DNA of 63,828 nucleotides, filler included, from Trichomonas gallinae (lineage: Eukaryota): the NCBI GenBank assembly GCA_008369845.1. It is 8 parts of 8 records of this genome, joined end to end, with 100 filler letters (N's around TTAATTAATTAA, not from the genome) between each part and the next. Parts side by side here need not be neighbours in the genome. Positions count along the whole stretch, not along the records: positions 1 to 9,031 come from MRSU01001160.1; positions 9,132 to 27,641 come from MRSU01001165.1; 6 more parts are not named here. The stretch is one strand, 5' to 3'. The position numbers and the translations under genes are program-made. This document shows, in pieces, positions 1 to 11,914 of the stretch (the first letter of the stretch is position 1; each line of letters opens with the position of its first letter). The notes under the pieces are model-generated. The model saw only the letters and a list, made by a program, of their open reading frames with translations, was not told where the DNA came from and searched no databases.

Positions 1-987
1 CCCAACTATTCCTTGCTATATAAAGATTTTCCAACCCCGCCATTTGTTTAACATCACCTAACATTCTATCGTTATGCCATATTGCACCCCATAAAATTGA
101 ATTTATACCGATGGTTGCCGATCATCCCGTTTATCACAGTGACAGTAATTGAAAAAATCAGTCAGTAGCATAAATATTGATGCATATTATAAGATAAAGG
201 ATCAATAGAAGATGTTTTCAACTAAATAATAGATATATTTTTAAAGATATCATTATTTATCGAATTTTTGAATGGGTTTTCTGACTATCGGACGCGTGAT
301 TGGTGTTAATTTCGAATGCATAGATGCTTTTGCTTGACATGAGTCGATGGTTTATGGTAACAAAGGTTTCATGACTTGAAAAACTGCGAATAATAAAAAT
401 TGGTAGATTTCGTTTAGACAAAACATCACAAAAGACTTTATTAAGCACGTTTTTCACAGATTTCCCTTTTGACTCACAGTTTTTCTCGGTTTTTTTCAAG
501 AGTTTTTGTTTCATTTTTCGTCTTTTATCTACGTTCACATTACATAACCTAAATATCTATTTTTCTAGTCAAAGGCAAAAATTCTGTGAAAAATTTACAG
601 AACTGCGAAAACCTAATATTTGTTATAATTATACTATAAACAACATAATCTTATAAAAAAATTCGTGGTTGTTTTCTTTTTGACTTTTCTTTTATAAATC
701 ATGTACAATAATGATAATAGAGAATATTAAATATAACCTTAAGTGAAAAATGATGAAAACGTCACTTTTTGGAAAGTGAAGTCACTTATTTCTTGTGGGA
801 ACTGCTACTATATATATTTATAAATCAATATTTAACTTTCTTTTCAAATTTTTTCAATTAAATTTTCCATAAAATTTTAAATATCTTGGTTAGTATAATA
901 TTGTCGAAAGTTTCGTATTCAAAAATTGACATGAACAGAATTATTTGAGTAGTTGTAAAGTGTTCTAAAAAAAATAGCTGTGGATAC

Positions 988-3900
988 ATGGTAAATCACC
1001 CATGCAAGCAGCTTATGGACACAATTCTTAATGATAAGAACTTTAACCTTCAGGCTTTCGTCAAGAGTGGTCTTGGCGAATTGATAAATCAATTAGTTAG
1101 TTATTTCGGTCAATTTAACAAGAAACAAGAAGCTTCTTCATTTTTCAAGCGCGCAAAGTTTGTCAACTACAAGAAAGTCTTGGAATCCCTTAAAAAGATC
1201 TTTGGTTCGCCAAACTTGACTCGCTTAGATGGTGATCAAAATTTCATGAAGAACTTGAACAGCATTTTCTGCACTATGCTTCACCCAGAGAGTCCAAACG
1301 AGTGCCGTGTTGGTGCATTGGATGTATTTCTGATCATGATTGTCCTCATTCCACAAAAAGATTTGCAATACTTCCAGAAATCACTCTCTATGATGATCCC
1401 ATACGCTATTGTAGCTAGAGGATCCGACATTGCCGACTTTAAGGCTAAAATCTACAGCGATATTTCTCCAATTTATTCTGAAAAAGGAGTTCCATCGACT
1501 GTCGAAGAGGCCAGGCAATCTCTTCAGTGCACACTCACATTTGTCTACAAGAACTGGTCAACACAGGCTCAACTTGTCCAACTTATTTTGATGAACCACA
1601 TTTTAAAGGTTATCTACAGAGTAAGCATCGAAAAGGCCGGCGTTTCAACACAGGACTATGGTTTTTCATACATTCCTGATACTTTCCACGAAGAAATCAT
1701 TTTATTCGTCCAAAAGCTTCTTAATTCGGAAATGGATGTTTCTCCTCTTTTCGCCAACAGGGACGCGATTACAGCAACGTTTGCCATTTCTGAGGCAACA
1801 ACAACACAAGCTGTGATTGGAGGCCTTTGCACGTCATTGGTTTTGATTTCAACAGTTTATTCCACACCAGCTTACTACAACGCTTGCTACTCCGCTAAAG
1901 ATTTCAACAAGAACACAGGAAAATTAATTCTCAACATTCTTGCGACAAACTGCAAGCAGGATGGTTCTATGGAACAGGCTATCATTGCTGCATCATATGA
2001 GCCAATCAGAAGATACCTTGAAACAGTTTTGCAAGAATTTAATTTATCTCAGTCTTATCTTAAGTCAGTTTTCCAGATTTACGACGAAAACCATGGTGTT
2101 TTCGCGCATGTCATCATCTGCACACTCAGACATTTAGTTGTTACTAACGAAAAACGCCCAGAAGTTTGGGATTTCTTTATTAAAGAGTTTTGCTCAAGAA
2201 AAATCGGTTCTGCTGCATGCGCTTACTTCCTTCAGTACTTGGCAATATATGGCTTCCCACAGCTCTTCAGCGTCGACGTAGATGTTGCAAAACAAGTATC
2301 AAATCAGTTTATCTCGAGAAACAAGAGAAACAGACAAGAATCCGAATACGATTTCATGGCAGAGCATCTCGAAATGATCCTAGACACTCCTCACGACTTC
2401 ACACGCCGCATTCTCAAACAAGAGTTTTCAGATTACGCAGAATTCAACGAGGTCCTTGGAAATATGTACATCCAACCACTCGACAGCATCCCAGACAAGA
2501 TCTTGAACATCATTAACAACATTTTATCTTATTTCACATTCTACAATATCCAAGATAACCAGAATTCACTCTACACATTCATCCCATTGTACACTCTTAC
2601 TAAGACTCTTACAAAGCTTATCCTCTTCCCGCCAGGAATTATCCTTGATACAAAGATTCCTTATCAAATCAGCGGAAATTACCTCTTCAAGGCTATTTTC
2701 GACCAGCCATATGCAACAATCAGGACACTCGCGTTCGAAGTTCTCGCAAGAGTCTTGAATTTGAAGGAAATCCAGGAATATCTTGGCGAAAAGAACCTTT
2801 CAAGCTGGTACGCAGCTCTTCTCCTCCAGATGGTCAACGAGAACGCTCAAACAAGACAAGCAGCATTCAAGGAAGCTCAATCTACAATTCAAGATGCTTT
2901 CACAGGTTCTATCTACCTTTTGCCTTTGATGATGGCATTGATAGAAGGCGGGCACGTTCCAAAGAACCAATGTGCGATGTCTGTTTTGTCTTCCTTCCCA
3001 CTTTTCTCGACAACAACAAAGCTTTCCTCTAAATTCTTAGACGGAATCATCAGCGTTATCAAGAAGGACAGCTCCCAGTTCCTCAAGAACGCCATAGATT
3101 TGTTAAACAAGAGCGGCCAGAACCTCAGGAAGCGTGCAATCGATGTTCTCGAAGGAATTTCATCAGAACTCATCACCAAGAAGGAGCAAAGCAACGATCG
3201 CTACGAGTTCCTCCTTCCAGCCTATTCAGCACTCATCGCAGACGAGCTCTCCAACACAAAGAACGCCGACATGAAGGTTGTCAAAATCGTTTTCAACCGA
3301 TTCACAGACTTCTTGGCATTAAACAGAACTGAAGCAATCATGTCAATCAGGGCGACAAACATGTACCTTCAGCACGTCATGGATGCAGCCCCAGACATCG
3401 TCAGAGACTACATCACCAAAATCAGCGAAGTCTGCACAATAATTACACCAAGTGACTCTGAAGACTGGGCATATCAGTTGATCAGACTCACAACAGATTT
3501 GTATGTCGAGACAGGCAGAGTCATGAAGCTCGGCCAGGCATATTCTAATTTCGCTGTCTTCTTGAGAAACGGAATCATGAAGGAGTCAGGATTCTCACAA
3601 GACGTCAAAGACATCATGATGAATTCATTAGAGCTGTTGTCGAAGAACTACTTGAGGTATCCATCACCAATCGGTACTAACTTCATCACTCATTTGTCGC
3701 CAATCAACAATCCAAGGCCATTCGATCAGATCTTCAGGTGCCAGAACACAGTGAAGAAGTCGACAACAAAGATGGAGTCAGTCGAGATAACTACACAATT
3801 CCCGTCCGGTCAGTTTATCTGGGAGTTTACTCCAATCAAGCAGTCAATCGTCGACGACCTTCCTGAAACTAAAGTCACAGGAAAGTTGATGGACAAGATC

Positions 3901-4956
3901 CCGAACGACATCAAAGTTCCATTCGAGTTCGAGAAGCAGAACAAATTCTCGTCAACAGTTAACAAGATTGTCGACACATTGACTGGCGACGGCTTCGATA
4001 TGATTCCAGACACACCAGAATTCACATACGCGCTCGATGAAATCAACCAGATTGCAGACGAGTTCATCATGAGAGATCCTCTTACTCTCGCTTACAAGTC
4101 GCGCAGGCCAATGGAGATCAACACGAACACAACAGCCGCCGTTTTGCAGGCGACACATCTGCTCGCTCCAGACAACTTCGACAAGTCAAAGCTTCTTGTC
4201 AACGACGCCAGGTCAGCAGACTTCATTCACAAGGCTGCCTCGCACGCTACAAGACTCGGCACGAAGTTCGGCGTCATCTACGTCAAAGACAGCAACGCTG
4301 ACCAGAACGAGATCATGTGGACTACTTATCCTGAAACATCACCTCACTTCCAGGAGTTCATCACTGGTCTTGGCTGGCCTGTCAACCTCCAGAAGCACCC
4401 AGGATACTTGGGCGGCCTCGACGCGAAGAACGAGAAGAACGGAAGGACTTCTATCTACTACTCCGATTTCATGCACGAGATGATGTTCCACGTTGGCCCA
4501 CTGCTTCCTAATGATCCTAACGACAAGCAGCAGATCTACAAGAAGAGACACATCGGTAACGACCACATCCATATCTGCTGGGTCGACTCAAAGAAGGACT
4601 ACAACACAACAACAATTTCTTCGCAATTCAACCAGGGCCACATCATCATTAACCCACTTCAAAACGGTTTGTTCGGAATCAAGATCAAGTGGCGTGATGA
4701 TGTTCCATGGTTCGGACCACTCAGATGCGACGTCATCGTCAATAAGCTCGCTCTCCCATCCATCGTCAGAGAAACTGCTGAAGGCGCAATGCTCTCCATC
4801 TACCAGCAACAGTCGAAGTTCTCCAACCCGTTAACAGACATCAAGAAGTACATGGACAGCGTCCCAGAGGTTACATCTGAGAAGGGCAGCAGGAAGGAAG
4901 TACCATCATACTTAATCTTCACAACACTGCTCTCTGGAGAAAAGAAGGATAACTAA
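988..4956 (+). CDS. Rap/Ran-GAP domain protein, RalGAP-alpha/tuberin-like
   Basis: 1322-aa ORF. C-terminal RapGAP domain (KFGVIYV, FQEFITGLGW, GYLGGLD, EMMFHV, KKRHIGND with the Asn thumb); helical N-terminal region. Confidence 0.9.
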   Translation: MVNHPCKQLMDTILNDKNFNLQAFVKSGLGELINQLVSYFGQFNKKQEASSFFKRAKFVNYKKVLESLKKIFGSPNLTRLDGDQNFMKNLNSIFCTMLHPESPNECRVGALDVFLIMIVLIPQKDLQYFQKSLSMMIPYAIVARGSDIADFKAKIYSDISPIYSEKGVPSTVEEARQSLQCTLTFVYKNWSTQAQLVQLILMNHILKVIYRVSIEKAGVSTQDYGFSYIPDTFHEEIILFVQKLLNSEMDVSPLFANRDAITATFAISEATTTQAVIGGLCTSLVLISTVYSTPAYYNACYSAKDFNKNTGKLILNILATNCKQDGSMEQAIIAASYEPIRRYLETVLQEFNLSQSYLKSVFQIYDENHGVFAHVIICTLRHLVVTNEKRPEVWDFFIKEFCSRKIGSAACAYFLQYLAIYGFPQLFSVDVDVAKQVSNQFISRNKRNRQESEYDFMAEHLEMILDTPHDFTRRILKQEFSDYAEFNEVLGNMYIQPLDSIPDKILNIINNILSYFTFYNIQDNQNSLYTFIPLYTLTKTLTKLILFPPGIILDTKIPYQISGNYLFKAIFDQPYATIRTLAFEVLARVLNLKEIQEYLGEKNLSSWYAALLLQMVNENAQTRQAAFKEAQSTIQDAFTGSIYLLPLMMALIEGGHVPKNQCAMSVLSSFPLFSTTTKLSSKFLDGIISVIKKDSSQFLKNAIDLLNKSGQNLRKRAIDVLEGISSELITKKEQSNDRYEFLLPAYSALIADELSNTKNADMKVVKIVFNRFTDFLALNRTEAIMSIRATNMYLQHVMDAAPDIVRDYITKISEVCTIITPSDSEDWAYQLIRLTTDLYVETGRVMKLGQAYSNFAVFLRNGIMKESGFSQDVKDIMMNSLELLSKNYLRYPSPIGTNFITHLSPINNPRPFDQIFRCQNTVKKSTTKMESVEITTQFPSGQFIWEFTPIKQSIVDDLPETKVTGKLMDKIPNDIKVPFEFEKQNKFSSTVNKIVDTLTGDGFDMIPDTPEFTYALDEINQIADEFIMRDPLTLAYKSRRPMEINTNTTAAVLQATHLLAPDNFDKSKLLVNDARSADFIHKAASHATRLGTKFGVIYVKDSNADQNEIMWTTYPETSPHFQEFITGLGWPVNLQKHPGYLGGLDAKNEKNGRTSIYYSDFMHEMMFHVGPLLPNDPNDKQQIYKKRHIGNDHIHICWVDSKKDYNTTTISSQFNQGHIIINPLQNGLFGIKIKWRDDVPWFGPLRCDVIVNKLALPSIVRETAEGAMLSIYQQQSKFSNPLTDIKKYMDSVPEVTSEKGSRKEVPSYLIFTTLLSGEKKDN

Positions 4957-5351
4957 TCTTTTTTTTCAGCTTTTGGTCCTTGAGTAAAAATCATTTTCTT
5001 ATTCATTAATATTATTTCTTATCTTGATCAAAATGTTGGAAAATTAGCTGATGTAGAGTTTTTATCTATATATTCAAATTAAATTTCTATTAATTTCAAA
5101 ATGTTGCATGTCTCATTGGAATTTGCTATAGAATGGAAAGTTAACAAGAATTGCAAATGGTTATTCTATAATTTGGTCTTATATAATATCAAAAATTAAA
5201 TGACAGATTATAGCTTTTGTTTTGTTTGTTTTCACGTCAGAAACATCAATATTATGTCTATTATGGAACTAAATTGATGGTATTGCGAATGAAAATATAG
5301 TCTATTTTGATTTTTATTAAAAATAACAATTTCATGCGAATGTATAATATG

Positions 5352-6110
5352 TCAATGGAATGGAGAGCGTCTGATTTGTGTTTGAAGCTTCAAAATTTGC
5401 TCATCTTTGGCTTGAACGAGAGCTTTCATCTTATCCAATTCTAATCTCAAAACATCATTTTCAGCCTGTAAGCGTTGGATTTCAGATCGAGTTGAAGACG
5501 AAGAGAAAGTATTATCTAATTTTGGCGAATTTCTTCGTGTTGGAGTAATATTTTGTGGAGGATTCTTACTAGAACTTCCTGATGGTGATTCTTTAGGCTC
5601 TTTTGTGCTTGCAACAACTTGTGCTGGAGAATGAATTCTGAAATACAAGGCATCAATGTCTTTCTTCATCTCTTCAACCTCAGTATTTTGAGAGTAAAGG
5701 TCAAAGTTACGCTTTGATGAGGATTGGCTTGATTTAACTGATTGTTTATCGCCGTTTGAGCTTTTCGGAGATTTTTGTTTGCCAATTGGTGAACCGTTTG
5801 GAATATCAACGTTTGCAACTGTCATTCTGGATGGTGTATTATTAGAGTCGATATTCATTATTGATTCAGACAAAGTTTCATTAGAAATGTTTTGCCTGTT
5901 TGGTGAAAATGATGACCTATATGGTGGTGATCTAGATGAATTAAGTTTTTGAGATGCTGAATCCCAATTCGGCCAAATCTCTCTGCATTGTTCATCAAGC
6001 ATGGATAATGAGTTCTTTTTAACTCCATAAATATCAAGGTTGCGTTCTGCATCATCCAATATTGCAGTAATAATATCTGTTTCCTCAGATGAAAGCTGAT
6101 GTGTTTGCAT
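5352..6110 (-). CDS. Hypothetical Ser-rich protein with C-terminal coiled coil
   Basis: ORF track starts at a non-ATG codon (6158); first ATG is 6110 (MQTHQL). C-terminal heptads EIQRLQAENDVLRLELDKMK. Confidence 0.7.
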   Translation of the reverse strand: MQTHQLSSEETDIITAILDDAERNLDIYGVKKNSLSMLDEQCREIWPNWDSASQKLNSSRSPPYRSSFSPNRQNISNETLSESIMNIDSNNTPSRMTVANVDIPNGSPIGKQKSPKSSNGDKQSVKSSQSSSKRNFDLYSQNTEVEEMKKDIDALYFRIHSPAQVVASTKEPKESPSGSSSKNPPQNITPTRRNSPKLDNTFSSSSTRSEIQRLQAENDVLRLELDKMKALVQAKDEQILKLQTQIRRSPFH

Positions 6111-7481
6111 AATAACTTTTTTTAAACGGCAGTTTTTGTTTACACAGAAAATTGACAATATCTGAAATTTTTACCACTTTACAAAATATTTTGACAATTT
6201 ACCAAAAATATAAACTTTACAAATCATTTTGACAATTTTTATTGCATTACAATATATTCTGACAATTTACAAATTATTTTGACGATTTTGTGAATATTTT
6301 GACATTTTACAATTTAATCTGACGTTTTACAATTTGTATGAAGATTTATCATAGTGATATATAAGCATTGTGTCATGAGATATTGGATGGTCTTATCGGT
6401 CTTAAAACGAATTCCACGACTTTTGAGATCATCGAATTTAGAGAGTAGAAATAGTAAACGATTGTGTGCCAAAGATATGCTTGAAAATATTCTTTGAGTA
6501 TAGGTATAGGGCAATAACCTGATAATAAATCATGAAACTTAAAGTTTAATATTCTCAAAATATAATATATGACCATTCATACGATCTTTATCTTTATAAT
6601 GCATTTTTGACTGTGAACACCAATAATATGCTATGATTAACCTGAAGTATTGCAAAATCAAATCAGATGTGAACCAATTATGCTATAGTCATACTACGAA
6701 CATCTTATATTAGTATTGAAAATGTCAAACTTGAATTTTCTTAAGGAAAAATCGCGCATTCTTTAAGGAAATGTGTAATTTATAAATAATTCGGAAGAAA
6801 TTAGGTCCTTTGATGCTATAAAGTAGTATATTAATCACATGCTGTCTACATCCGTGCTTATCCATTATCATAAAGCAGACATTGTACTTAATAGCAAAAA
6901 AAAAAAAAAAAAAAACGATTTGCCACGGTATTTGAAATATATATTTTTTCATTTAACATAATAAATACATCAAATATCGACAAACGGCTCTAAATATTAA
7001 CCTAAATGTAAAAAATTGGAACTGTTTCATTATTTATACTCGAAGCATAAATTTTATATTTTTAAATATAACGAATCATTTGTCAATGAGCCAATTATAA
7101 AATTTTTCAATGAATATAGCGTAGATAGACTCAAATTTTGATAATCGTTTTAAACGTTAAAAATTAAATGCTCTCAATCCATTCCTTTAAAGCAACAAAT
7201 TTATAACGAGTATAATTTTTTTACATTCAAAAGCAGAAAAAATCAATACAAGCAAAGAATTATAAATACAATAATATCAACTATTTTCACTATTTTGAAT
7301 TTCCTCACAAAAATTTTGTAAGACATATTTCATATATAAATAGTCTGTATATAATAATTCCAAAATTAAATTTTTTCTTTCAAAAATTTAAAAAACGAAT
7401 TTTCTAGAAAAATAAGCAGAATAATGACAACAAGATTTTTAAAGTGTTTAGAATTTTATTCCGATATTTCCATAATTTTGC

Positions 7482-9031
7482 ATGGATGCATCCGTTATCT
7501 CGCGCAGTCAATCAGTATCACAGTCAACTGCAGCAGGTAAGGACTTAATTGAGGGTACATATGGCGCTTTAGATGTCTTATTCCCAATATACGAACAAAT
7601 GGTAAAATTAATTCACATTCCAGCCTTTTTAAACTTTCTTACTCTCATCATTTTTACGGTGCAGGTCTTCACACAGTCATTGTGGGGTAGGAAATTGCTT
7701 GTTTTGACATCAAATTCGATTGATGATAAAATCATCAGATTCTTGTATGAATATTTTCTCTTAAATAGTGCAACGAATCATTATGATATAAACTTCATCG
7801 GATTCTATATAGTAATCGGTGTCTTCGCCTTCTCATTGTTGATCTTTTTCGGATTATTCATCCAATACAAGCTCACTATTTCATTTAACAAGCCACTTCT
7901 CTATATATACAGGGGCTACTTCGATGTAGTTGTGCCTTGTTTCATTTTACCAAGTATTTATTTCGCTGGTCAGTTCTTAATTGGTGTTTTACTCAAAGAG
8001 TTGCCATTTATTGACATTCTTCTTTCAGTGGTATCGGCAATCATCGCTGTAACTCTTTTCATTTTGTATTATTACCATTTTTCATTGCTTTCTGGCTCTC
8101 CGTACCTCGGACGTGGTCCATTCGTAACAGTACAGAGCAAATATCACACTGACTTTTTCTTGGTTACGTTTATTTTCGTAATAATCTCATATCTTTTAGA
8201 ACTCTTCCCAAAGTGGGCCTCGATAATTGGTTGTATAGCAGAAGCCTCCGTTTTCATATACTTCGCTTACAGAATGTCGGTTTTACCTTATTTCGACTTC
8301 AAATCTAATCCGATCTTTGCAGGCATCTACACTTCTCTCGCAATCGTGAATATCGTTCAAGTCATCCAGGGATTCTACCAGATTTCCGATGCAGTACCAT
8401 TAATCGCTTTTCCTGTTTTCTTTGTTATTTCTATAATAATTTATTTCTTATCTTACAGAGAAATGAAGAATAAGATTAAGCAGCTGCTGAATGAACTCCC
8501 ACCTGAGAGAGATTCACTGCCTGTAATGTCAGATGAGCTCGATAATTTATATTTAGATGCAAGTCGTTCGAGATTCTACAAATTCTTGATTGTTTCGGTC
8601 GAAAGTGCCCATGACATATTCCTTAATAACATTATTTTCAAATACGGCTTCGAAAGATATAATGACTTTGAAACATCAAGGCTTTTGCTTATCTACGGCT
8701 CATTCATTCCATCATTCAACAGGATTGTCAGTATGGGATACTCTCATTTCTTCAAATCTGCTAAATTATCTTTTGTAAACAGATTCTTGATCTACACGAT
8801 CCTGAGACTCATGACAATGCGCCAGTCTTCCTCCAGCCAGCAGTTTTCGCAGAGAGTTATCGAAGTCAGGCAAATGTCGAAGAAATGCAGAGATTTCATG
8901 AAAGGCTTCCTTTTACAGACTCCCACGAAGGTTTCCACATTCTACACATTCTTCAAAGAGACGCAGAACACAGAATACAGATGGATCGAGTTAATTAATC
9001 ATTATCCGAATTCATCGAAAGTTTATGACGA
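7482..9031 (+). CDS. Multi-pass membrane protein, N-terminal part of a trichomonad transmembrane adenylate/guanylate cyclase-type protein (3' truncated by gap)
   Basis: Ser/Gln-rich N-terminus, about 8-9 hydrophobic helices, then MRQSSSS and ..NHYPNS segments that I recall as typical of this expanded family. The catalytic domain is not in the window. Confidence 0.65.
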
Positions 9032-9131
9032 NNNNNNNNNNNNNNNNNNNNNNNNNNNNNNNNNNNNNNNNNNNNTTAATTAATTAANNNNNNNNNNNNN
9101 NNNNNNNNNNNNNNNNNNNNNNNNNNNNNNN
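9032..9131. other. Artificial 100-bp assembly linker; others at 27642, 33835, 37788, 58857, 61055 and 62188
   Basis: Identical N-TTAATTAATTAA-N blocks with stop codons in all six frames. Confidence 0.98.
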
Positions 9132-9419
9132 GAAGGCCGTTATGGTGAGCGTGTCGGTGCCGGTGCTCCAGTCTTCATGGCCGCTGTTCTCGAATATCTT
9201 ACAGTCGAAGTCCTCGAACTTGCAGGTAACGCTGCTCGTGATAACAAGAAGACACGTATTTCTCCACGCCACATCATGCTTGCCGTTCGTAACGATGAAG
9301 AATTGAACCAGCTCCTCTCCAACATCACAATCGCCTCCGCTGGTGTCGTTCCACACATCCACAAGGTCCTGCTCGGCAATCCAAAGAAGGGCAAGGATGC
9401 CTCCCAGACACAGGAGTAA
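9132..9419 (+). CDS. H2A: Histone H2A (5' truncated by gap)
   Basis: [47 protein letters not shown]...NDEELNQLL; frame is open from the gap edge. Confidence 0.97.
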   Translation, partial: EGRYGERVGAGAPVFMAAVLEYLTVEVLELAGNAARDNKKTRISPRHIMLAVRNDEELNQLLSNITIASAGVVPHIHKVLLGNPKKGKDASQTQE

Positions 9420-10179
9420 ATATATTTACTGTTTATCGGAAATATTACTATTTTTAACCATTTATCATTTGGAAAATATTTTCAATTGTCATCTAAAATC
9501 AATATCTATATGGAAAATGATTAGAACTTTTGATTATAATACAATTCTCAAAATGTAAAAACTTGAAACTCCACTAATATTATCGGACAAAAATATCATT
9601 GAATAATCCGGCTATTGGAAGTGAATTTATTTTTAATAACACATATATAATGAAATTTTGAAACATGAAGGGTGAATTATGATAATATTTCTTCAAAGAA
9701 AAAATATCTAACTCCATTCCTAATTGGCTTATGGCATTCGTCTTTGTATGTGCTCTAAATTTATACATATGTGAAATGGCTTGATTGAAAGACAATATTT
9801 TTCATTCAATAAAATAATGATAAAACAGACTTTATAATTCGTTGAACATACTTTATAACTCGAATAAAAGCTTCTTCAATATATATTTTTAGATAAATCA
9901 CGAAATAAAATTTATCAATACAACATTTTGATGCTAAATCCATGAATATCAAACTAAAACTAGATTGGAATTGAATTATATTATTGAAATATAGGTTCTA
10001 TAAGGATGAAATCCATAATTTCATTTTCAGTTAATTTTGATAATGGGAAATAAGGCCCAAAAATTAAAACACATTAATAAAACCAGCGAACGTAGCTGAA
10101 AACATAAACAAAAAGCAATAAAAAAATGCGCGCCAATCTAAAAAAAAATCAATTTTGTAAATTAATAAAAAAAAATTAA

Positions 10180-11478
10180 ATGTCATACCCGAGCGCTGAA
10201 CAAATCCAAGGTATTTTAACAAATCTCGCCTCAGAGTACGACCAACTCCTCGAAAACAGGACAAAGTTGCAGAATGACTGTACAAAGCTTCGAGAATTCA
10301 TCGATTCTCAAATACAACAGATCCAAAACTTGAACCAAGACTTCGAAAAACTCAGGACAGAATACTTACAGCACAGAAAAGAAACAGCTGCCCAGGGTAT
10401 CCAGCCACCGCCTAGACAACAGCCCGCTCCACCTCCACCTGAGCCTGAAAAACCGCAGGAACCAGTCGAGGAGGACCAGCAGGATTGGAAGGTTACACCT
10501 CTTCCAGGATCAGAGAAATGCCCGCTTGACATTACCCTCAACGCTGAAATTGTTGATGTTTCTATTATTTGCGCCACAGCTTATTCACCAGATGGCTCTT
10601 GCCTCGCCATCGGCTCAAACAACGCAATGAGAATTTATAATGCAGAAAACGATAAATTCATCTTACAATTCACAATCGAGAGCGAGACTCCAAAATTCAT
10701 CCGCTCAATCGCTTGGACACCACACGGAAAGCAGCTTATTTGCGGTAGTGAGGATAACATGCTCCGCGTCTTCGAACTTCAAGACAATCAAGAAGGCCAA
10801 GAAGAACAAGCAACACCAATTAAAGTTATCGACGCCAAAGCAGCAAGCACGCAAATTAAATTCGTATCCGATGGTAAATTCTTCATTACAACGACAAATA
10901 ATGGCGTCTTAACATTATGGGATTCTGCAAATTATTCTAAAGTCTGGACTTATTCTAGGCAAGAACAAAATTCAGAGGCCGAATCTTTGGCTGTTTCTTC
11001 AGATGATAAGCTTGTCGCTGTCGGTTATAACGATAAATATGTTTGCATTTTAGATTTAGAGCAGCGTAAGCTTTTGTACACAGCCCAATGCCACCAGGAT
11101 GGTATATATGCTATGGTTTTCGTTCCAAATACACATCGTTTAATTACTTCTTCCTTAGATTCGACGATCAAAATCTGGGACTTTGTAGAAAATTCCGGAA
11201 ATTATGATCTTAAGCTTGTATCAACACTTAACCCACACAATAACTACGTTTTAACACTCGCCGTCGATCCTAAAGGAAAATGGTTGTTATCTGGCTCAAA
11301 GGATATGACAATGAAAATTATCAATCTTGACTTACTTCAGCCTGTTTATAGTATCAAGAGCCATACAAACTCTATTATATCTGTTGACTTCAATCCAAAT
11401 TCTAATGCGTTTTGCTCTGGCTCTGGTGATAAGATGGTTAAGCTCTGGTCTATTCAGTACTCTGATGGTATTGAGTAA
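10180..11478 (+). CDS. Tup1-like WD40 transcriptional corepressor
   Basis: N-terminal coiled coil resembling Tup_N, Pro-rich linker, about 7 WD40 repeats (SSLDSTIKIWD, SGSKDMTMKI, SGSGDKMVKLW). Confidence 0.75.
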   Translation: MSYPSAEQIQGILTNLASEYDQLLENRTKLQNDCTKLREFIDSQIQQIQNLNQDFEKLRTEYLQHRKETAAQGIQPPPRQQPAPPPPEPEKPQEPVEEDQQDWKVTPLPGSEKCPLDITLNAEIVDVSIICATAYSPDGSCLAIGSNNAMRIYNAENDKFILQFTIESETPKFIRSIAWTPHGKQLICGSEDNMLRVFELQDNQEGQEEQATPIKVIDAKAASTQIKFVSDGKFFITTTNNGVLTLWDSANYSKVWTYSRQEQNSEAESLAVSSDDKLVAVGYNDKYVCILDLEQRKLLYTAQCHQDGIYAMVFVPNTHRLITSSLDSTIKIWDFVENSGNYDLKLVSTLNPHNNYVLTLAVDPKGKWLLSGSKDMTMKIINLDLLQPVYSIKSHTNSIISVDFNPNSNAFCSGSGDKMVKLWSIQYSDGIE

Positions 11479-11896
11479 TTCATAGAATATTCATATTACA
11501 CATAATATATATTTTTTATTTTACGTTTTACTTTTTTTGATCAATTAAAACCTTTTATTTAATAATTTTATACACATCCCTCGTAGTTATTTACTTTCTA
11601 ATCCAAACAAAAACAACCAAAAATAATATAAATGTAGCCATGACTTATATCGTTAAATAATGAAATAGAAGTGGACAAATATGATATTTTTAATATTAAA
11701 AAGTCTTGAAAATAAAATATAAAATTCAACTTAAATTTTTTGATTTGTAACTACAAAAAAAATTGGATGATTTCGAATTATTATATATTTTATAGATGTT
11801 CACTAGATTTTAATCAAATAAAGTTCTAAGAATAATATAATAACTATAAAAATAAAAACAATTTGGAATAAAAAATTAAATTAAATCGAACGAATC

Positions 11897-11905
11897 GTCA
11901 CTTTT
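11897..11905 (+). promoter_or_regulatory. GTCACTTTT: trichomonad initiator (TCA+1CT) overlapping the AAAGTGAC motif; recurs near many starts
   Basis: Also near 18156 (-), 21930, 29410, 32332-32347, 57260 and 58476; matches described Trichomonas core-promoter motifs. Confidence 0.65.
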
Positions 11906-11914
11906 TAGAATATT

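Noticed and set aside
1..240. Short minus-strand frame open at the window edge (MLGDVKQMAGLENLY...)
   Set aside because: Too short, with no recognisable family; upstream frame is interrupted.
1940..4834. Many short overlapping or antisense ORFs inside long genes (also within 27.7-28.7, 50-52, 53.9-55.7 and 62.3-63.7 kb)
   Set aside because: Shadow ORFs caused by codon bias; no domain signal.
6340..6720. 8-10-bp stems with G-U pairs
   Set aside because: Stems of this length are expected by chance in AT-rich DNA, and the family motifs are not clearly present.
9076..9087. TTAATTAATTAA palindromes repeated seven times
   Set aside because: Embedded in identical N blocks; an artificial contig linker.
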